Origin: a bacterium
GTDB taxonomy: Bacteria > Bacteroidota > Bacteroidia > NS11-12g > UBA9320
Direction: 5' to 3'
Assembly: GCA_018223105.1 (NCBI GenBank)
Contig: JAAEYY010000009.1
Coordinates: forward strand, 6,827 to 70,826
Length of the DNA: 64,000 nt
The position numbers and the translations under genes were made by a program. Positions 19,991 through 29,991 of the stretch are shown in pieces. Every line of letters starts with the position of its first letter. Position 1 is the first letter of the stretch. The notes beneath the pieces are model-generated. The model worked only from the letters and a program-made list of their open reading frames with translations. It ran no database searches and was not told the DNA's origin.

Positions 19991-20020
19991 AAATCGCGGC
20001 CCCGGTCGCGATTTTTCTTT
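19991..20020. terminator. Bidirectional rho-independent terminator between convergent genes
   Basis: AAATCGCG-GCCCCGGT-CGCGATTT forms an 8-bp stem followed by TTCTTTTTATT on the plus strand. The A-rich left flank serves the minus strand. Confidence 0.7.
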
Positions 20021-21517
20021 TTATTGATTTTCCGGTTTTGAAGATTCCGGAAATGCCAAGCTGGTAAGAACACCTAAAACAATGGCCACAACAAAGGAGG
20101 GCCCCATTACATCCAGCTTTTCAATATGAGCGCCAAAACTACCCCAATGCGGCACCACAAACTTAAAAATTGGAACTGCTATAAACCCGGAAACCATAGA
20201 TACTATAGCTCCTTTTTCCGTGTAGCCTTTCCACATAAGGGCTAAAATAATAACAGGGCAAAAGGTTGCTGCAATACCACTCCAGCCAAAAATCACAAAC
20301 CAAAATATGGTTCTATCCGGAGTACTAACTGCCACAATCATGGATAAAGCAAGTGCTAAGAATGCCATTACTAGTGTGGTTATTCTGCTTTGACCGGTTA
20401 ACTCTTCCAACGATTTTTTAGGATGAAATACTTTTTGATACAAATCTCGAGTAAGCGCGCTACTTCCAACTACTAATAAGGAATCAATGGTCGACATTAT
20501 TGCTGATAACACAATAGCCACATACATTCCAATTAAAAATCCGGGCATCAGCTCATGCACTGCCATGGGGAGCACATCTTGTCCTCCACTTCCTAACACT
20601 GCCTCAGCATCGGTTCCGGTTGAAGTGAAGATATATCGTCCAATAAGTCCAATTGTAACTGCAGCTGCATCGGTAAGTAAAGTATAAAATATCGCAACCC
20701 ATCTCCCTTTCTTAATTTCTTTTTGATCCCGAACAGAAATAAAACGCACGAAAACCTGAGGAGAACCTAAAAAACCTAGTCCAATTAAAGCAAAACCAAG
20801 AAGGGTCATCAAGTTCATGGATGTAAATCCACCCGGACCCCAGGGATCCAGCAAACCGGCATCTATGGTTCTTAAGCCTTCAATGATACTGTCCCAACTT
20901 CCAATGGTGTAAATTCCAACAATAGGCAGCAATACCAGACCGGCAAACATCAGAATCCCTTGAAACATATCCGACCATGCTACCGCGACAAATCCTCCGA
21001 GGAAGATATAGGCCAATACAATAAGAAAACCTACAATGGCTCCTGCGAAGTAATTCCAACCGAGGAAAGACTCGAACGCAGTCCCTGTTGCATCGATTTG
21101 AGCACTGACATAGATCACCACAAAAATCGCCATGGCAATGGCGGAAATCTTACGTAGATTAAAGTTCTTAGATTTAAAATGACTTTCCAAAAAGTCGGGA
21201 ATAGTGATGCTATCATACTCATCTGTAAGTCTCTTGAACTTGGAAGCCATAAAGAACCAAGCCACCCCCACCCCTAGTATCTCACCAACAACAACCCAAT
21301 AAGCACTAACACCGCTGATGGCACCCATACCGGTTAAACCAAGTAAGAGCCAGGCAGATTCACCTGTTGCCCGCGATGAAAATGCCACTAACCAATAGTT
21401 AAGTTGCTTTCCACCGACATAATAATCACTGATGTTTTTTATCCTCTTCGAGGCGATATATCCCAGTAAAAAAAGAATACCTAAATAGGCGATCAGTATG
21501 AGGTATTGTACAAGCAA
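20021..21517 (-). CDS. Sodium:solute symporter family transporter (PutP-like)
   Basis: 498 aa with about 13 TM helices and an SSS-like N-terminus (YYVGGKQLNYWLVAFSSRATGESAWLLLGLTGMG). Confidence 0.9.
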   Translation of the reverse strand: MLVQYLILIAYLGILFLLGYIASKRIKNISDYYVGGKQLNYWLVAFSSRATGESAWLLLGLTGMGAISGVSAYWVVVGEILGVGVAWFFMASKFKRLTDEYDSITIPDFLESHFKSKNFNLRKISAIAMAIFVVIYVSAQIDATGTAFESFLGWNYFAGAIVGFLIVLAYIFLGGFVAVAWSDMFQGILMFAGLVLLPIVGIYTIGSWDSIIEGLRTIDAGLLDPWGPGGFTSMNLMTLLGFALIGLGFLGSPQVFVRFISVRDQKEIKKGRWVAIFYTLLTDAAAVTIGLIGRYIFTSTGTDAEAVLGSGGQDVLPMAVHELMPGFLIGMYVAIVLSAIMSTIDSLLVVGSSALTRDLYQKVFHPKKSLEELTGQSRITTLVMAFLALALSMIVAVSTPDRTIFWFVIFGWSGIAATFCPVIILALMWKGYTEKGAIVSMVSGFIAVPIFKFVVPHWGSFGAHIEKLDVMGPSFVVAIVLGVLTSLAFPESSKPENQ

Positions 21518-21561
21518 AAAATCCGAAAATACGGATTACAAGTGGCTAAATGCAAGTTTGA

Positions 21562-23082
21562 CTATGGATTCGTCTTATTCTCTAACACGATAAAGGGTAT
21601 GCCTTTTTCCATCCAGCGCTCCATAATTGGGTTAGGCGGAATAACTTCGAAGGCCAATGAACCTAGCACTAAATCAAGGTCGCCGTCATTGTCATAGTCC
21701 AACATATCCATTACTGCCCATCTCCCATCAGTGGCCTCAGGAATACTGTGGGCTTCAAATTTGCTATTCTCCTTTTGCTCTAGAAATACAAAGCTCTCTT
21801 CCGGACTATTTTCAAAATCCGGAAAGAAAGAAATTGCAGCGATATCTATATCTCCATCCATATCAAAATCACCCAGCCTTGCCCCAAATGCACCATTGAG
21901 TTGATAAAAAAAGGTCTGTTCAAACTGGTTCTCACCATTGTTTTCGAATACATATACCCCGTGATAAGGCTTCAAAATCGGATCAAAATCAGCATTGTCT
22001 CCGGCGGTGTATACAATGTCAAGATGACCATCATTATTCACATCCATCATATCAAAATAGCTGGAGCCATTTGAAGGAGAAAATCGCAATACCTTTTCGT
22101 GTCGGAATTTCATATCACCCAAATTGTATGAAATGTAAATGCTTTCGTCGCCCTGACCAAAGAGTGAAATGATATCTAATCTACCATCAGCATTCATGTC
22201 TTTTAAATAAGTTCTTAAGGCTCCCGTTTGGTTGATTAGTACTTCGTGACGGTAGCTGCCGTCTTTTTGTTGTTCAAAGAGACTTAAACGTCCCACCCAT
22301 TCTCCAAACTCAGACACTACAATGTCTGTTAATCCATCTCCGTTCAAATCTGTGTATGAAGCATGAACCGGTCTTCTTAGGTCTTTCACGATAACTTTTG
22401 ACTTCCCCTTTTCATCAAACTTTAAGATAAATCCCAATGGATCATCTTTTGGTGAGAAAGACCCCATTACGGTGAGATAATTGAAATTATCTTGATGATG
22501 AAGATGAACGGCTCCTTGACTCACTTCAAGTTCCTGAACGAACTTGAGATCCCCATCAAATTGCAAGAGTTTTGATTGGTAAACATCTCCTGCGAATACA
22601 TTTCCTTTAGCTGTGAATTGAACCATAGTAGCACCCGGTGGTGAGCGCTTAATTGAAGGGTATTTCACTTCGAACAATTTTAATTCCTGCGGAATTGATT
22701 TAGTTCTTGCAGCATTTAGATGTTCGGGGGCATTTTGTAGATAGTAATTCTTTATTTTTCTCCATGAAGCTGTATCGATCAACTGCGCTTTGGGAAAAAC
22801 TTCGGCCTCATTCACCAACTGCCCACCGGGCCCCGGCTTATGTAATGCGGCCCTCACATTGTCGTTTTCATACATTCCTAAGAAATAGCCCATTCTGGGT
22901 AACATATGCTTTTCCCAACTCTCTTTATTAAGAAAACCAGGCTCGGGAAAGCTATGACATGATGCACAGTAAATTTGAGCTAATTCTTCTCCGGACACAT
23001 CTTCTGATTCTTGTTCGGTTTCAGCGGCATTACAAGCAACAAGGACAGAAAGTATTAGTAAATAAAGTAGAAAACGATTCAT
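21562..23082 (-). CDS. FG-GAP/VCBS repeat protein with an N-terminal CxxCH heme-binding motif
   Basis: Signal peptide, then IYCASCHSF. Five D.N.DG..D repeats follow (DLNGDGLTDIVV, DMNADGRLDII, DVNNDGHLDIVY, DFDMDGDIDIA, DYDNDGDLDLVL). Confidence 0.85.
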   Translation of the reverse strand: MNRFLLYLLILSVLVACNAAETEQESEDVSGEELAQIYCASCHSFPEPGFLNKESWEKHMLPRMGYFLGMYENDNVRAALHKPGPGGQLVNEAEVFPKAQLIDTASWRKIKNYYLQNAPEHLNAARTKSIPQELKLFEVKYPSIKRSPPGATMVQFTAKGNVFAGDVYQSKLLQFDGDLKFVQELEVSQGAVHLHHQDNFNYLTVMGSFSPKDDPLGFILKFDEKGKSKVIVKDLRRPVHASYTDLNGDGLTDIVVSEFGEWVGRLSLFEQQKDGSYRHEVLINQTGALRTYLKDMNADGRLDIISLFGQGDESIYISYNLGDMKFRHEKVLRFSPSNGSSYFDMMDVNNDGHLDIVYTAGDNADFDPILKPYHGVYVFENNGENQFEQTFFYQLNGAFGARLGDFDMDGDIDIAAISFFPDFENSPEESFVFLEQKENSKFEAHSIPEATDGRWAVMDMLDYDNDGDLDLVLGSLAFEVIPPNPIMERWMEKGIPFIVLENKTNP

Positions 23083-23211
23083 AAAAATGCCGCATACAAG
23101 CTATTGCATGTAAACTTCAGGTTGGGTTAAAATCAATTTTGGGTTAACACCTTACTTGTCCACTTGTAAATTGAATTTGGTTTACATTATAAACTAGTTT
23201 ACACTTGTATT

Positions 23212-23799
23212 ATGGTTTCTAATACAAACGAGCAAAACAGCATGGCAGAAGCCAATCTTCAGTTGGAGCTCATTACAAATGCACTAAACAAGGTAAAGCA
23301 AAATATTAGCACTCAGAGTTACTATTATCTGCTTTGGGGATGGATAGTGGTTGCAGCTGGATTAGTGCACTTTGGGATAAACTGGTTTAATCTGGAACAA
23401 TACTCTTGGATTCCATGGTGTGGCGGTATGTTTATTGGCTTCATATTGAATATAAGGCATGGAATAAAACATAGACGAGAATCGGGCAGACAATCTCATT
23501 TAGATCGTTTTATGATGCATTTATGGCTTGTACATGGTGTAGCGTTTATTCTAGTAGTGGTAATCTCTCTCCTACTTAAAATTCAACCTACGATACTCAC
23601 TTTGTTTGTTGCAGCTATCGGAACAACAGTTTCCGGATTATTAATACGATTCAAACCCTTGACCATGGGTGGAATATTTCTCGTTCTAGGCTCATTTACC
23701 GCGATATACTTAACGTGGACCTATGTACCTCTCGTGAATAGTGTTGCTGTTCTAATTGGCTACATTTTACCGGGTTACTTACTTAAAAACGAAAAATGA
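23212..23799 (+). CDS. Hypothetical polytopic membrane protein
   Basis: 195 aa with 4-5 hydrophobic helices. Its stop overlaps the start of the next gene (ATGA at 23796). Confidence 0.55.
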   Translation: MVSNTNEQNSMAEANLQLELITNALNKVKQNISTQSYYYLLWGWIVVAAGLVHFGINWFNLEQYSWIPWCGGMFIGFILNIRHGIKHRRESGRQSHLDRFMMHLWLVHGVAFILVVVISLLLKIQPTILTLFVAAIGTTVSGLLIRFKPLTMGGIFLVLGSFTAIYLTWTYVPLVNSVAVLIGYILPGYLLKNEK

Positions 23800-24104
23800 G
23801 CTCTGAATTAGGACCACTTAACCCGGTACTTCACCAGCAACTTCGACTCGCTATCGTTTCGACCCTCATCCGTTTGGATTCAGCGGGATTCAACTACCTC
23901 AAAGAAGTAACTAATGCATCTAAGGGAAACTTGAGCCGACAACTTACCAACCTTAAAAACGAAGGCTATATCAGTGTCAAGAAATCCTTTGTTGGGAACT
24001 ACCCTTGCACGACCTGTAAAATCACAAAAAAAGGCATTGAAGCCTTGGAGCAGTATACTGAACAGCTCAAAAATTACCTCGACCTAAACCTTAATAATAA
24101 ATAA
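23796..24104 (+). CDS. Winged-helix transcriptional regulator (HTH_34-like)
   Basis: LHQQLRLAIVSTLIRLDSAGFNYLKEVTNASKGNLSRQLTNLKNEGYISVKK matches the pattern of the winged-helix PF13601-type family. Confidence 0.75.
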   Translation: MSSELGPLNPVLHQQLRLAIVSTLIRLDSAGFNYLKEVTNASKGNLSRQLTNLKNEGYISVKKSFVGNYPCTTCKITKKGIEALEQYTEQLKNYLDLNLNNK

Positions 24105-24105
24105 C

Positions 24106-24636
24106 ATGAAAAACACTTTTTTCCTTTTATTCAGCATCCTAATCTCAAGTTCAATTTACGCGCAAGAGACCTCTGAAGTGAGCAACCATTTTTCCTTAGG
24201 CTATCAAATTGGCCAGTATCAGGATGATTTTGGCTTTGGATTAGCTGCTACTAGTCCCTATTTCTTGAAAAACTCGGTCGCCATTCGCGCTCGAGGTAAT
24301 TTCATGTTTTTCGAGCATGTAATGAACGAAGAAACGACTTGGTCGCCATACACTAATGTGCAACTAGGTCTTGTTGGTGTTGGAGGTATGGTAGGCAACA
24401 TGCGTCTTTATGGCGAAGGCGGTGGAATCGTAATTTTCCCAAACGCCGATTTCTCAAACAATGTTGAGTTTGGAGGCTATGGCCTCTTTGGATTCGAATT
24501 TTATATGTGGGAAAGAATGAATTACCATATTGAAATTGGAGGAGTTGGAAGTGGCGCCAGAGCGGAACTGAAGGACAACAAACCTATTTACTCCAATGGA
24601 TTGAGTATTTCTGCCGGATTTAGAGTGCACTTTTAA
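24106..24636 (+). CDS. Small predicted outer-membrane beta-barrel protein
   Basis: Signal peptide MKNTFFLLFSILISSSIYAQ, Gly/aromatic-rich strands and a C-terminal F (GFRVHF). It starts 1 bp after the preceding stop. Confidence 0.55.
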   Translation: MKNTFFLLFSILISSSIYAQETSEVSNHFSLGYQIGQYQDDFGFGLAATSPYFLKNSVAIRARGNFMFFEHVMNEETTWSPYTNVQLGLVGVGGMVGNMRLYGEGGGIVIFPNADFSNNVEFGGYGLFGFEFYMWERMNYHIEIGGVGSGARAELKDNKPIYSNGLSISAGFRVHF

Positions 24637-24654
24637 AATTCTTATTCAAATCAG

Positions 24655-25131
24655 CTACTCTTTGAACAAATGAAGTTTCTCAAAGTTGCTCGGAATATTT
24701 GAATTTAGCACTGCAATTATTTTTTCTGCGGTAGAATCTGAAGTATTTTGAAGGTTGTATTCTAGCTTCTGTGTATTTGTCTTGATATTCAAGAAATGAA
24801 TACCGCCACTGCTAATATGAATATTGGCCTTGTATATCAAAGTATCTTGTATTCCTGAAATAAGCGCTGTGATTGAATCGATAGAAGATGCTCTGAAACT
24901 ACCGACATAAAGCGTATCTGGTTCTTTCGTAAATTCTCCGGTCCAAGTACTATTCTCTTCATAAGTATAAATGCAATTCGTCCCTCTTACCCGGAAAACA
25001 GGCTGCATTGTATTCATATTAGACCCTAAACCGGCAAAATTATAGGTTAACTCAAATTCATGATGATCAGTTTGAAAGCTTGGAAATCCAATCAAACATA
25101 TTAGAGAAATAAGGACGGAGGTCAGATTCAT
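24655..25131 (-). CDS. Hypothetical secreted protein
   Basis: 158-aa ORF with an N-terminal hydrophobic signal-like segment. I recognise no family. Confidence 0.45.
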   Translation of the reverse strand: MNLTSVLISLICLIGFPSFQTDHHEFELTYNFAGLGSNMNTMQPVFRVRGTNCIYTYEENSTWTGEFTKEPDTLYVGSFRASSIDSITALISGIQDTLIYKANIHISSGGIHFLNIKTNTQKLEYNLQNTSDSTAEKIIAVLNSNIPSNFEKLHLFKE

Positions 25132-25403
25132 GGCGCAAAGTTTTGTAAGAAAACGGTGAATATCATTGTAAATTATTATCGAGGCACATACTTTATTTAA
25201 TACTACTAATTCTTCCCTTTGTTGGTTTAAATGGCCATAGCTCCCAAATCAAACTTATGAATTACTTGATATTTCTTCTTTCAACATTTCTAGATCCATG
25301 ATGCACAGCTTTGGCTTTTAGCATAAACTTCCAAATGTTTTAAAATATAATCTGAAATATTAAAGTTCGAATCTAAAGGTTTCTGCGAAAGGATTTATCG
25401 TAA

Positions 25404-26255
25404 CTACTCAAACTTCATTTTCCTAATTAAATCCTTAAAATAAGCCGGGCTCCATATTTCAAGCACCTTATCATCCTTAATAAATCGGATTACATCATCT
25501 CTAATACTTTCAAATGAGACGGTTTCAATTCTCTGTTCCAGCAGTGCCAGCACTTCTTCTGCTGTGATATCTGATTTATGCCAATCGCCGGAGTCTTGTG
25601 CTCTTTTGCAAAAATGTTGAACATCCAGTGCAATCCCTTTTTTGATATACCATTCGAGATCGTACCAGTCCCTTCCTTTTACTCGGTTCTTCCATTTTCG
25701 AAATAGAAGTGCATGTAACTTCCCTGCGAATAAATTCGATGGAGTAAAGCATTTGACATAAAATGAAAAAGGTCTCAGCAGCAATTTCTCCTCTATTTGG
25801 AACTGAGTAGGTGGCTGGGTATCGACTTCTAGCTTTATTTTGATATTTCGGTTCGACCTCACTCCTAATTCAGTGATAATGTCTTCAAGTACAATTTCTT
25901 TCCAAATGGTTTCCGCTTTAAGAAAAGCAGAATCTATGGCAGTACTTACTTTCTTTTTCTTTTCTTGTATGCTGACAGTCAAGCCAACAGAGTTAAACTC
26001 TGCTAAGATCGCCACGAAATAAGGTTCTATTGAAAAGTCAGGATCCGCTTCCAATAATGAAAAATCCAGATCTTCAGAATATCGATCTAAACCATAAAAT
26101 ATACGCAGAGCTGTACCACCATAAAAAGCAGCATTATCAAAGAAATCAGTCCTCGATAATGCTGCTAAAGTGATTTCTTGCATAATTTCTCTTAAAGCTG
26201 AAAGGATTTCCTCCTCATCCGAAGGTTGATATTCTGCAATCCATTCTCTAATCAT
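25404..26255 (-). CDS. abiEii: AbiEii/AbiGii-family nucleotidyltransferase toxin (type IV TA / abortive infection)
   Basis: FYGGTALRIFYGLDRYSEDLDFSL is the DUF1814/AbiEii signature. There is an ATGA start/stop overlap with the upstream gene. Confidence 0.85.
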   Translation of the reverse strand: MIREWIAEYQPSDEEEILSALREIMQEITLAALSRTDFFDNAAFYGGTALRIFYGLDRYSEDLDFSLLEADPDFSIEPYFVAILAEFNSVGLTVSIQEKKKKVSTAIDSAFLKAETIWKEIVLEDIITELGVRSNRNIKIKLEVDTQPPTQFQIEEKLLLRPFSFYVKCFTPSNLFAGKLHALLFRKWKNRVKGRDWYDLEWYIKKGIALDVQHFCKRAQDSGDWHKSDITAEEVLALLEQRIETVSFESIRDDVIRFIKDDKVLEIWSPAYFKDLIRKMKFE

Positions 26256-26890
26256 AGCGTTTGAAGAGTTTTAACCAGCATTTCTATACTGTTGCTTTTA
26301 GGTGCATTATCAATCCAAAGTGCGATTTGATCTGTATTTAAAGAACTCAACACTTCTTCATCAATGCGCATATCTTCAACTAAGAAAGCCTGAGTTTGCA
26401 CTTTACTTCTGAGATTTACACCGGCTGTAAGTACAATTTTATCACAAATTGCTTTTTCTGGACTTGCAATTAATGCTCTTTGCCGCTCATTGTACTCTAT
26501 GCTAGTAATTCCAAAGGAATAATAGGGTATCGGTAAATGACGAAATGTAAAGCGCCCAAGCTCTGTTCTGTAGGTTTTAGAAGATTTAGTAGTAACGGAA
26601 CTTATCTCATAGACTCTTTCCGGAATCATATTCCAGTAAGACATAGCACTCTCTAGCGAAACATAACTTGGCCCTCTGAGATGATTTGCAATAAGAAAAG
26701 GCTCCGGTTGAGGTAAATCTAATTCCGGCCCAACTACATACAAGCCCCTTCGTATTGAAATGAGCTCATTGTTTTTGATTAATTCACTGATTTTATCATT
26801 GGGTCTTTGGTAATGGCCCAAAATATCTAGAATTAGATGCCTTGATATAGGCACTTCCGCATATTCTTTTATTTTTCTCCTGAAGCCCAT
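26252..26890 (-). CDS. abiEi: AbiEi-family antitoxin / transcriptional regulator
   Basis: 212 aa, with ISIRRGLYVVGP in the N-terminal winged-helix region. Its size and position directly upstream of AbiEii, with a 4-bp overlap, both fit. Confidence 0.75.
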   Translation of the reverse strand: MGFRRKIKEYAEVPISRHLILDILGHYQRPNDKISELIKNNELISIRRGLYVVGPELDLPQPEPFLIANHLRGPSYVSLESAMSYWNMIPERVYEISSVTTKSSKTYRTELGRFTFRHLPIPYYSFGITSIEYNERQRALIASPEKAICDKIVLTAGVNLRSKVQTQAFLVEDMRIDEEVLSSLNTDQIALWIDNAPKSNSIEMLVKTLQTL

Positions 26891-26914
26891 TTTGATATAT
26901 TGAACTAGTATAAA

Positions 26915-26999
26915 CGGATTATTTCCGATTATCTAATACAAATATAACATATTGTTGAGATATTAAATCCACGTAATCGGTTTTTTTCCGATTATCTAA
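26915..26999. promoter_or_regulatory. Pair of 22-nt direct repeats in the abiEi promoter region (candidate AbiEi operators)
   Basis: CGGATTATTTCCGATTATCTAA (26915-26936) and CGGTTTTTTTCCGATTATCTAA (26978-26999) match at 20 of 22 positions. They are 63 bp apart, start to start, and lie 25-109 bp upstream of the abiEi start. Confidence 0.5.
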
Positions 27000-27066
27000 A
27001 TGCAATATTACATACAAATGATAGCTATTTCACCTTCAGACCGCAAATTGCAAATTGTTACTTTAG

Positions 27067-27975
27067 CTATTTGGCTTTTATAATCTTTCCGCGTTTAATT
27101 AACCTACCTTGCTCATCCTTCAGAATATATAAGTAGATACCCGTTTCGAAATCACGCGTGTCTAATGTCAGCTCACTAAAAAAGGACTGCTCAATAATTT
27201 CTTCAGAAAGCAGATTATATATTTCTATTGTTGATTGCTGAACAAGCGTGTTACTAAAAGTAATATGATTATTGAATGGATTGGGAAAAGCTGCTAAGGT
27301 TTGAACTGCTAGTTGTTCAGCAGACAGTGTAGAATCTATAACTATAGTGGTGGTGCTTGATGAATCTTCTAGAGTAGCTGATATTGTGCAACTCGATACA
27401 TTATTACCATCTACATATTTAAATTCAGCACTGATCTCCCCTTCCTGAATCAAAATTGAGGAAGGAATAACTCCGGCAGTTTGAGGATCTAAACTAAGAT
27501 CAACTATCTCACCAGAACTCCTTGCAGGGATATTTAGAGTGACTAAAACAGAAGTTGAGTCACCGGGCGAAATAGGATTTCTTTCAGGAACTAAATCCAC
27601 TATTTCAGGAACTTCAGTTAATCCAACAACACGGACCTCTACTTGCAAAGTTTGAGCAATGTTAATTGCTGTCAATGTAACAGAACCAGATTGTGATAAA
27701 GCATTCACCAACACTGGCGCTGCATTCTGCCCAGCCGGTATCGTAACACCTCCATTTACAATACTTAAAGCATTTGGGTTGCTGGAAGTAATTGAAATAA
27801 AGTAATCTGCCCCTACAGCAGAGTCTAACACAATAGTTAATGGCATAGGACCTGTTGAAACTCCGGTTTCACCTTCATATACAAAACTTAAGTTTGGGCT
27901 AAAAGAAACAATTTCCTGTCCGTACGCAATGGGAGCTAGAACTGTGACTATCAATAGAGTAATAATTTTCTTCAT
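27067..27975 (-). CDS. T9SS type A sorting-domain protein, function unknown
   Basis: Signal peptide MKKIITLLIVTVLAPIAYGQ. The C-terminus reads AFPNPFNNHITFS...GIYLYIL. ATG at 27975 is preferred over TTG at 27990. Confidence 0.75.
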   Translation of the reverse strand: MKKIITLLIVTVLAPIAYGQEIVSFSPNLSFVYEGETGVSTGPMPLTIVLDSAVGADYFISITSSNPNALSIVNGGVTIPAGQNAAPVLVNALSQSGSVTLTAINIAQTLQVEVRVVGLTEVPEIVDLVPERNPISPGDSTSVLVTLNIPARSSGEIVDLSLDPQTAGVIPSSILIQEGEISAEFKYVDGNNVSSCTISATLEDSSSTTTIVIDSTLSAEQLAVQTLAAFPNPFNNHITFSNTLVQQSTIEIYNLLSEEIIEQSFFSELTLDTRDFETGIYLYILKDEQGRLIKRGKIIKAK

Positions 27976-28061
27976 TTTTCCTGAATTCAAAAGTTTTAGA
28001 AGATAATATTGAGTAATGCTAATAGTACCTTCAGATTTTCAATTTACATAAATATTGCTTC

Positions 28062-29480
28062 TCACTCACTCCCCAAATCCACAATCGCTTCCAGCTCATC
28101 CCAAAAAGCACGGTTGGAAGGACGCTTGGCATCGGGATCTATAATATACCCTTCCGGGTCGATGAGAATAAAATGCGGTATACCAGAAATCTGGTAGGCT
28201 TTAAAGAAAGGATCGTAATAGATATAGGCATACAATTGCGCTCCGCCCAGCTCCTCTTCTATTACCATGTTTTTCCAGCGCTCGTGTTTATCACGGTAAG
28301 CCACACTTACAAATTGCAGGTTGGCATCGTGAAAATGCTCCTCCATGGCTTTTAAATCAGGTATCTCTTTAATACAGGGCAAACACCAGGTTGCCCAAAC
28401 ATCGATATAGACATAGGAACCCTTGAAATCCTCTAGGCGCACCGTATCACCATTGATGTCAACAAAACTAAACTCCGGAGATTCCGCTCCGGGTTCTATT
28501 CGTTTTAAGGCTTTGTATTTGGTCGTAAGCTTTTGATTGAACTCCTCGTTAATACTCAACTCCATGTATTTCTCATATGTCTTGTCTCGTTCTTTTGCAC
28601 TAGGAAAAAAACTCTCCCATCCAAACTCTAAAGCTATCTGCCTCACTTCCTTATTCTCTATCAATTCTTCCATCACATACAATCGCTCGAGATATAAATC
28701 ATGCTCCGAGTCTTTCAACCGCGGCTCAGTATTGCGATAGATATATCCATCCAACAAAGTCGAGAAACTCGGTAAATCTAAATACCGGCTATCATTAAAA
28801 TCGATATCTTTAAAAGGGTCGGGAAAAGATGCTGATTCTTTGTACGTCTTATTTCCACTAACAAAGCGATGCATTCCCGGGTAGTTCAATATCCTCGTGC
28901 GGTATTCCAATAAAATTTCGTCTCGCTCCATAGCCACAAAATCTTCATTCAAGCCTTCTTGTTTTGCTAGAAATTCAAATTTTTCTTGATAACAAGAGTC
29001 CATCAGTTCCAAAAAATCTTCTTCACCCAGTTTTGCATAATTGCCGTAGTAGAGAATGCTTCGCATGGACTCATTGTGAAGATAAAAGTCAACCAAATAA
29101 TTATTCTCCTTGGCTCCCGGACCCGAATATTCTATGCTCTCATCAAATTTTTCAGTATTGAGCGTAATATTCAAATCCTTGCCGGGCATAAGGTACATTT
29201 TGGTATACTCCCTCCCATCATACAATTGATAATAGCCTTCTTCTACTTTTAATTTCACAGAAAAGCTATCGTCTTTCAAAGGCATTCTATACAAGACCTT
29301 ATTTGTAAAATTAGACTCTCGTAGGTACACAGAGTCAGTAAAGGGATGTTCAATTTTACCTGATAGAACAATTTCTTTCTGAGCATAGACCTGTGAGATC
29401 AGGAGCAATGCCAGAATAGATACAAAACCACGCTTTGATCGCATGCTTCGAAGATACTCTTTGAATTTATTTTTCTCCAA
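28062..29480 (-). CDS. TlpA-family thiol:disulfide oxidoreductase with a large N-terminal domain
   Basis: The C-terminal thioredoxin fold contains YIDVWATWCLPC (WCxxC). A signal peptide is present. Confidence 0.85.
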   Translation of the reverse strand: MEKNKFKEYLRSMRSKRGFVSILALLLISQVYAQKEIVLSGKIEHPFTDSVYLRESNFTNKVLYRMPLKDDSFSVKLKVEEGYYQLYDGREYTKMYLMPGKDLNITLNTEKFDESIEYSGPGAKENNYLVDFYLHNESMRSILYYGNYAKLGEEDFLELMDSCYQEKFEFLAKQEGLNEDFVAMERDEILLEYRTRILNYPGMHRFVSGNKTYKESASFPDPFKDIDFNDSRYLDLPSFSTLLDGYIYRNTEPRLKDSEHDLYLERLYVMEELIENKEVRQIALEFGWESFFPSAKERDKTYEKYMELSINEEFNQKLTTKYKALKRIEPGAESPEFSFVDINGDTVRLEDFKGSYVYIDVWATWCLPCIKEIPDLKAMEEHFHDANLQFVSVAYRDKHERWKNMVIEEELGGAQLYAYIYYDPFFKAYQISGIPHFILIDPEGYIIDPDAKRPSNRAFWDELEAIVDLGSE

Positions 29481-29991
29481 ATCGGAGGTTATACGTTACA
29501 CCAAGTCCTATACTCTGTAAATCATCCACACTTTCTTCGGTATCGGTGTGATCGTAATACAAGAAGAAGTTCCAGTTATATGTATGCCAGCCGATATGTG
29601 GACGATACAAATACCCACCGGAAGTTCCAGAAAGACCGCTCACAAAGGAATAGCCTAAATCCACACCGGTAAAAATCCCGCTTTCTTTAGGATAAAACCT
29701 AAACATTAAAGCTAATGGAACAACATCAAAAGAATTATCTCCTATGTACTTTAGATATCCGGATCTCACTCCAATTCCGTACGCTTCTGTTCTCAGAAAC
29801 TGTAAGCCAATATCTAAACCTGCTATAACATCTACATCAGAAGCAATATTGCCAATGGGTAAAGCCACATTTGCTCCTACTTTAAACCAAGTATTATTTA
29901 CATTCATTTTTGAAAGATCAACCGGACCGTCGGGCTGAGCCAGTAGCATCGTAGACAGTGACAAGGTGATGATAGTCAGTATTTTTCGCAT
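29467..29991 (-). CDS. Small predicted outer-membrane beta-barrel protein
   Basis: From ATG at 29991 it reads MRKILTIITLSLSTMLLAQ, followed by Gly/Tyr-rich strands. It overlaps the downstream gene by 14 bp. Confidence 0.6.
   Translation of the reverse strand: MRKILTIITLSLSTMLLAQPDGPVDLSKMNVNNTWFKVGANVALPIGNIASDVDVIAGLDIGLQFLRTEAYGIGVRSGYLKYIGDNSFDVVPLALMFRFYPKESGIFTGVDLGYSFVSGLSGTSGGYLYRPHIGWHTYNWNFFLYYDHTDTEESVDDLQSIGLGVTYNLRFGEK

Noticed and set aside
25404-26890. AbiE module as part of a mobile genomic island
   Set aside because: I could recognise no integrase, transposase, tRNA target or flanking direct repeats within several kb on either side.
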